A stretch of 64,000 nucleotides of DNA from Schmidtea nova (taxonomy: Eukaryota): NCBI GenBank assembly GCA_044892505.1, contig JBJFYY010000020.1, positions 124,001-188,000 on the forward strand, given 5' to 3'. Within the stretch, counting starts at the first letter, position 1; the number at the start of each line of letters is the position of its first letter. Position numbers and translations under genes: made by a program. Below the pieces are notes generated by a model. It ran no database searches, had not been told where the DNA came from, and worked only from the letters and a program-made list of their open reading frames with translations. This document shows, piece after piece, positions 57,271 to 64,000 of the stretch.

Positions 57271-58490
57271 CTAGGAAGCAGTAGGGAAATTTTGTGCAAT
57301 CTTTACACAACCATCGCAGCACAAATATCTTGACATTTCATAATTCGACATTTGATAATTCGGTTTTTTATTGTATTTTCTTTTTCGACTTCTACTTTGC
57401 CTCTGGACTGTATTAAGAGAGTCCCCATTACTTCCCCCTTCCGAATTGTTATCGTCCCGATAACTTGTATTACCCTCCATTTCCATTCCAATAATCTCGT
57501 GTTTTACCAAGTTTCTCTTTTTGATTGTCTTTATTTCTTTACGATGATGTTTAAACAATGCAAATTCCGCACACATAGGACACAATCCTAAAATCAACTT
57601 CTACGACCATCCTCCGATTTTGAATATACTGTATGTGGAAATTAATTGTGTTATTATTAACTTTAAAATTACGAATATTTTGTGTATATTCCTGAGCAAA
57701 CTGCCACGAAAATACCAAAATTGGTAAACCTTCCCCATATTTTCATCATCACATTTTCAGCTGCTTCTTTATAATGCTATGGACCAAATAATATATTGCA
57801 ATCCAGTCTCATTTCATTTGCTTGGTAAATTGATCTTATGATTTCCGTGATACCTCTTTCTCTTACTTGAGGGAATAGCAAAGTCCATCTTGCCTCCTTA
57901 ATGTCTATTGGAGTGTAAATTCCTCCTTGCGATAATTCATCGAGTGATTTAAATTTCATATTTTCCACGAGTTTCGTGACTTCCAATGTTTCCACCTTTC
58001 TATTAGATGGTTTTCTGTCAGATAATGAGATCCATCTATCGTTTACCTTGTATAAAGGTGATATTGCTGGATTACAGATCGAAGGTTGAGGCTTTTGGTT
58101 TTCATCCAAAAGTCTCCTCGTTACTGGCATTACAAATCGTATTTTGTTTTGATATGACAGTGGTAATTCTAGAGTACATTCATTATACCGTGTTAATTGT
58201 ACCTCTATGGGTTGACATTGATAGCTGTATATAGCTTCCCCCATAATTCTGCCAAACATTCCATCTTCGAGCAACATGGGTGTCACCAGATCTGGGTTCC
58301 CAATTGCTATCGCTAATCGATTTCGAACTATTTCGCGATTTAGTTTGCAATGTTGAGTATTACTTCCTGATACATTTCCTACATTTGTCCTTGCAGATCA
58401 TAATATAAATAATCTACTTTATTATTTATATAGTTCGTGATTTTGATGTCCTAGCTGTGAATATTCTTGGCTGTTTGGATAAATGTTCTT
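57271..58490 (-). pseudogene. Chuvirus/herpes-gB-like (class III) envelope glycoprotein, C-terminal half including TM region and tail
   Basis: YINNKVDYL...CKLNREIVRN.LAIA..NPD; GEAIYSYQCQPIEV...ECTLELP; GGIYT..DI...LFP..RER; KIWGRFTNFG...GGWS. Several frameshifts. Confidence 0.75.
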
Positions 58491-59134
58491 GACAAATATA
58501 ATCCTTTATAGTTGGAGAAGAGGAAATCAAACTCAATAATGAAGAAACTAACGTAGGAGCTTCAACTTCTCAGACGGTAGAAACCGTCACACCAGCGTGG
58601 CAGACAAAGAAAGAAAGACGAGTGAGGCCTAGGAAAGACCAATTGAAACCTCCACCAATAAAGCAAAATTAACCAAGAAACCATTAAACAGGTTCAGATG
58701 AAAACCCTGTCAGGAATAGCCAGGGATGTCGACATGAGAGACGAAAGGGTACACATACCAGAACATGGAAGAGATTAAAGCAGATTATAGGAATAATAAA
58801 GCAGGCATGGCAGATCAATCGAATTAAAGGAATCCAAGTGGATAAAGTGACACAGTCAATCGCGACGTCGATGAGGAGAATACCTAAAGGGGTACCTCCA
58901 AAAAAGATACAGAGTATGATAGAGACACTCATACAAGATGGGTTATAAAAAGGAAAAATAGTGACAGCATTATTAATGCTGATTCTAGATGCATTAGCCC
59001 ACGCAGGTAATCAAAAGAAACTTATAAATCAAGAACTAGACAAGATCACGGAGATAACGGAACATTATCTTGGAACATGGATGAGAGAAAATAACTTTTG
59101 GGAAGAGGACAAACATAAACCATGATATGAATTT

Positions 59135-59810
59135 GTGAAAGAGGCTATGAATAACAACCACCTCGGAAACGGAGGAATGGGGAATGTGACAAATATGATA
59201 TTAATGTTTTTAGTAATGATGGGAATAATGAAACAGACAAATACAATGGCAGCGTTTGATGGCAGTTATCCGAAGTTAGCTCGGATATATTCACTCGTAG
59301 ATGCAATTGAGTGCAAAGAGTCATATCCAGAAAAAGTCCAAACAGAAGAAAAGGTCGTATACTATGTTTACCAAGAAAGTGAATTCTTTAGAACCAAGAT
59401 AAGAGAATGTAGAGTTCAAAGAGCGACATTTGAATATTATTGTGGTTCACACAGCTATACAGCTTTTCTATCAGCCACTCTGATACCTTGACCGGTCAAT
59501 ATATTACCGGAAGACTGTCTAGACGCCTTTTAAAAAGGTTCTTTAAAAATCAATAATGAGGTAACCATCGCCGCGGAAGTAGGAAAGACACTGGGAGTAA
59601 CTATTACGCGGGGAGGATCGATCGGATCAGATGGTACATGTACTGGAAAAAAGAAAACTCGCGGATCAGATCTAGTAAGTTATGTTGTAGATATCGAGGA
59701 CTATTCAATCGAACTAAGAGAGTATGAAGGGACTTTCGATGTATTATCAGGAAGATTAATGGCACATCCTCAGTGCCTTGCAAAATTTGGAAGCTGTAGA
59801 ACAAGGGTAT
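59135..59810 (+). pseudogene. Chuvirus/gB-like glycoprotein, N-terminal part (signal peptide and first ectodomain), opposite orientation
   Basis: MILMFLVMMGIM signal; AAFD...YSLVDAIEC...YQESE....IRECRV....YYCGSHSYTA; GSIGSDGTCTG. Confidence 0.75.
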
Positions 59811-59874
59811 TATGTTATCTAAAGTCATAAAACTCGTTTTTTAAATTTTACTTTTTTATTACAATTTCTAAATT

Positions 59875-62800
59875 CATTGCATCTGCTGCTCATTTTCTAC
59901 ACACGACTTGAGTCTGTCAATTGAAATTCTCTTTATAGCTCCATCCAGATTGATTATCATCGCTTTTTTGTCGGATGATCTTTCCATAACATTATATTGT
60001 CCTGTGTACGGTTTCTTGAGTGTTTTTCTGAATTCGGAGTGCAGCCAAACCTTATTACAACTTGAGAGAAGTTTATTGATGCATGTAGCTTCTTTCTGTT
60101 TTGAACACGGAGCATCCTCTTCTTCATTTTCATTTATTAGCTTCTGAATTGATTCAATATCTTCTTCGTCACATGGAATTTGTTTCGTGATTACAAAATC
60201 TCCTGGAAGTCTAGTTGTTTGTCCAAATGTGAGTTTGGCCGCCGATGGTTTGCCGCCTGATCTCTCACAGTTGCGAAGGCTTAATAGAATCTTTAGAAGG
60301 TCTTCAGCCCATGTTCTTGAAGCATTATTTGCGGTAGATGTTAAAAATACGGTGTTTTAAATAAAATACGGCGTTTTAAATTATATTAATTAAAAATTAA
60401 AATAAACCACTGATTAATGAAAAAATAAAAATGCACAATCAAGATAACAATTAAACAACAATTTAATAAAGCACAACAATTTAATAATTTTGAAATCCGA
60501 GTAAAATAATCAACTTATTAAATCGTTTCCTTTTCTCAATGCCATATTGCCACATAAACATTATCAAATATTGCGATTGTTTTTCTTGTGAAATTCCTCT
60601 TTTCTTCCTGATGAAATATTTCGACCTACTCCATAAACCCTCAATATTTTGCGTATGGATTGTCGGTTTGGCAGGATCCACAAAGCAAACTAAATGGTTC
60701 ACCGTTTCGTGGTTCAAGTGTCCTATTCGTCTTATTGCAACATTGTACGCTCTCCACTGATCCGTTACTACCAAAGTTCCTGGCAATACATTGTTGTTAT
60801 CGTATTCGCATTTCGGTTTGGCACAGGCCTCATAAAAATATTTCTTGTTCCTCGTTCTATGCCTCCAATATACCATTGTTGATCCATTAGACGCCCTCTG
60901 TGGTATTTCCTCTTTGAAAACAAGCTTTCGTTGATTTCAACTATTTTATTACTTCCATCATCATTCATTTTGCCTAACATGACATTATGGGTACTCATAC
61001 ACGTAGCGATTGCCTCCGTGGCAAGCTGTGCTCAACCACTGGCGGTTACCCGGTTGATTCCTAGTTCAAAGGCAATGTCTCCAAATTCTTTACCCTTCAA
61101 AAACCCTTCATTATTGTCTTAAATTCCAATTTACTTTCATAAAAATAGGATCCTTTTCGAACACTGCATGAAAATGTGCAGGGCCGGGAACATGTCCAGC
61201 GAAAACCATCTAGGTGCGTTTTGTCTCGTATTAAAGACAGCGATGGATAAGTTACACATAATTCTCATTGTTGTGTATTTAAAATCAGTTTATTTTGTAC
61301 CATAAATAGCCGTTGAGTGCAAATATCAGCGATTACCCTGTCAAGGTACGATTCATTTATCATTGTCTCCATGATATCATTGTCATTTAAGATTGTTGCA
61401 GTTTCTACAATTTCATGGCGTTTTGTTTTTGACATGGATTGATTATTTTAATTTTTAATTAATATAATTTAAAACACCGTATTTTTGACATTAACCTTAT
61501 TTGCATGCGCTCGAATGGAGTTTTTTTATTGATCTATGCCATCTCTTTATTTTACCATTTGATTGAGGGTGATATGCAGTCGTTCTATGTCTTTCAATTC
61601 CTTTTCGACACAAAATTGTCAAAATTTCTCTGACTCGAATTGCGTTCCTTGGTCTGTAATGACAATGTGTGATGTACCAAATCTACTTATATATTCCTTT
61701 TCAAAGGTTTTCAGGATCATGTCGGATGTTATATCATAGAGAAAAATTGTTTCGACCCACGATGTTCTTCTGTCTATCATGGTTAGAATATATCGTTTAT
61801 TGTTTACAACTTGGAGGGGTCCGGCGATATCCAGATGAACTGTATGAAATCTTCCTTTAGTTGGTATTTTTCCAATGGGTGCTTTGGTATGTCTAGATAT
61901 TTTGGCTACTTGACATTTCTAGCATTGTCTGCACCACTCTCTTATATCGCTCTTCATTCTTGGCCAGACATAACGTTCTTTCATAAACTGTATGGTCTGT
62001 TTGGCTCCTGAGTGAGATATTCGGTGAATTCTTTCAAATTCTGGAAGTCTGTACATCTTTGGTAGAATCACTATTGGGCTTCCCTGGGATGTATCGACCA
62101 ATATGTTGTTTTCAGTGATTACTAGTTCAAGTTTGCCATCCTTTAATACTTGTAGCATCTGGTCTTTGGATTGTTCTTCTATTAACTCTGAGGTTGATAT
62201 TCCCATTAGATGTATACTGTGTTCTTTTTGTGAGGCTTTTATGTTGGATCTTGACAGTAGATCAGCTATCACGTTGTCGACTCCTTTTACAAATTCCCAT
62301 TGGAAGTCAAATCGGCTTAGAAATTCGATGGATCTCTACTGTCTGGGTGATGGTTCTTTCATCTTCATAACTCGGAGTATTGGTTTGTGGTCAGTCATGA
62401 CATTGAATTTTGATCCGTCTAAATAATGTTGAAAATGTTTAATTGATAAATAAACTGTCAGAGATTCCCAGTCAAATGTCGAGTATCTTGTCTCGGCATC
62501 CGTTAATTTCCTAGAGAAGAAGGCAATGGGTGTATAGTTTTCACTATTTCTCCTCTGGTTTAAACTTGTTCCTACAGCAATGGAGGAAGCCTCTGTCTGT
62601 AATATGAACGGCAGTTTTTCATCAGGGTATTTGAGATGTGTTATGGAGTTAAGTTGTCGTTTTGCTTCTTCAAATGCATCATTGTGGACCTTCAACCACA
62701 GATAGTTCTTTTTATCTTTAATCTATGATGTTACCAATTGATGTAGAGGAGATAGGATAGATGATAGATGTGGTATTTGCCAATGATAGTATCCTATACT

Positions 62801-63900
62801 CCCGATGAAGCGTCTGAGTTCCTGTAAGTTGTCGGGTTTATTTACACTCATGAGAGCATCAACCCTCTGTTGTGTTGGCCTGATTCCTGATGCCGATATA
62901 TTAAATCCTAAGAAATCGACATTTCAGGCCAGCGGCTATTAGTGTTTGCATCACACTCTTTACGTTGTCACGATGTTCCTCCACATTGTTCGAGAATATC
63001 AGCACATCATCATTGTAATTGAGGCAATATCGCCTCGTCTTGGACAGCGTATCGTCCATGTGATGCATTCCTAAGGCCGAACGGCATCTTTACATACTTG
63101 AATAGGCCAAAAGCTTGATCACCACTGTCTTTGAGGTATCCATGGGATGGATTGGGATTTGGTGGTATACCTTCTTCAGATCTAGTTTCGTGAAATATTT
63201 GCTGCCAGATATTCTGTCTAAAATATCATTAATTCTAGGTAATGGATATTTATCTACTTTCGTAATTTCATTCAAGAGTCGGTAATCTCCACTAGACCTC
63301 CAAGTGCTATCTCCCTTTTTACTACTACTAGTGGTGAAGCCAATTCGCTTTTGCTGTGGCGTATGATCCCCGCCGCCAGAAGTCTGTCAAATTCTTCCTT
63401 AGTGGCTTTGTGTTTGTCCCCGAAGAGTCTTCGTTGACGTTGGGTTACTGGAATTCCGGAGGTGTATACGAAGATTTGTTTTTGGGTTTATAATGTTTTG
63501 CTCGGAACTCTCGGATTCCGCTATCATGTCTCGGTAGAATTGAATGTTTGATACACATATTGTCTTGCTTGTACTTTCGTTGGATTTTGATTTGAATATT
63601 GTTCTGGTACTGCAATCTACATTTATTCTAAAGTGAGATAGAAAATCAGCGCCTATTATTGGCTTCGTGACGCTTGCTACGGCAAACGTCCATTTAAATT
63701 TGTTACTGAAACCATCAATAGTGAAATGTAACGTTTTCTCACCATTACACTGTATCGGAGTGTTGTTGGCAGAGACTAAACATTGATTGGTGTTGCATTT
63801 ACTGTCGGCCTCAAATGAAGACATTGGTATTACACTAATGTCAGCTCCAGTGTCAATAAGAAAGTCGATGAATCGGTCCTTAAGTTTCGCTTTTTATCAT
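59875..63900 (-). pseudogene. Degenerate Ty3/Gypsy pol (protease, RT, RNase H, integrase), interrupted by a Merlin element
   Basis: LIDTGADISV, YPLPRI.D, FTKLDL, NYNDD, QTEASSIAVG, TDHKP, H..SHSG...C..C, YHPQSNG, LTFGQTTRLPG, SIDRLK. Confidence 0.9.
60333..61496 (-). mobile_element. Merlin (IS1595/ISXO2-like) DNA transposon with a frameshifted transposase
   Basis: 30-bp TIRs (GGTAGATGTTAAAAATACGGTGTTTTAAAT, 27/30 match), 8-bp TSD TTATTTGC (60325-60332, 61497-61504); VEINESLF..RKYHRGR, VTDQWRAY, VNH...HTQNIEGLWS. Confidence 0.95.
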
Positions 63901-64000
63901 CTTTATTAGTTAGTGCAATTTTTGAATTTTTAAAGCTATATAACTGACGATTTTTTGTACCTATTCTAAATTGTGGTACACTTATCTCTGAGTTATTTAA

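Overview
AT-rich eukaryotic (probably invertebrate) genomic DNA made almost entirely of nested mobile elements; the host cannot be named from sequence. The centrepiece is a complete Polinton/Maverick DNA-virus-like element at 27106-44825. It has AGTAG termini, long terminal inverted repeats (TIRs), a perfect 6-bp target-site duplication (TSD) TACCGA and apparently intact pPolB, integrase, packaging ATPase, adenain, major and minor capsid genes. It also carries unusual cargo: a TATA-binding-protein (TBP) homolog, a type I membrane protein with a TNFR-like Cys motif, and several genes with 40-51 nt spliceosomal introns. Its TIRs hold arrays of E2F (TTTCGCGCCAAA) and AP-1 (ATGAGTCAT) sites. Two of its genes, and one relic homolog elsewhere, share a fixed TGATTGG-N21-TATA promoter, which suggests an element-directed transcription programme. 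Other contents: a young 13.1-kb LTR element with 1730-bp LTRs that encodes only a 7-zinc-knuckle Gag and has a 56-bp VNTR; hAT, MULE and Merlin DNA transposons; several Ty3/Gypsy copies; a chuvirus/gB-like glycoprotein gene split into two oppositely oriented halves; a relic of a second Polinton; a 28S rRNA fragment; and one host-like GST exon. All protein calls are by motif recognition; no database searches were run.
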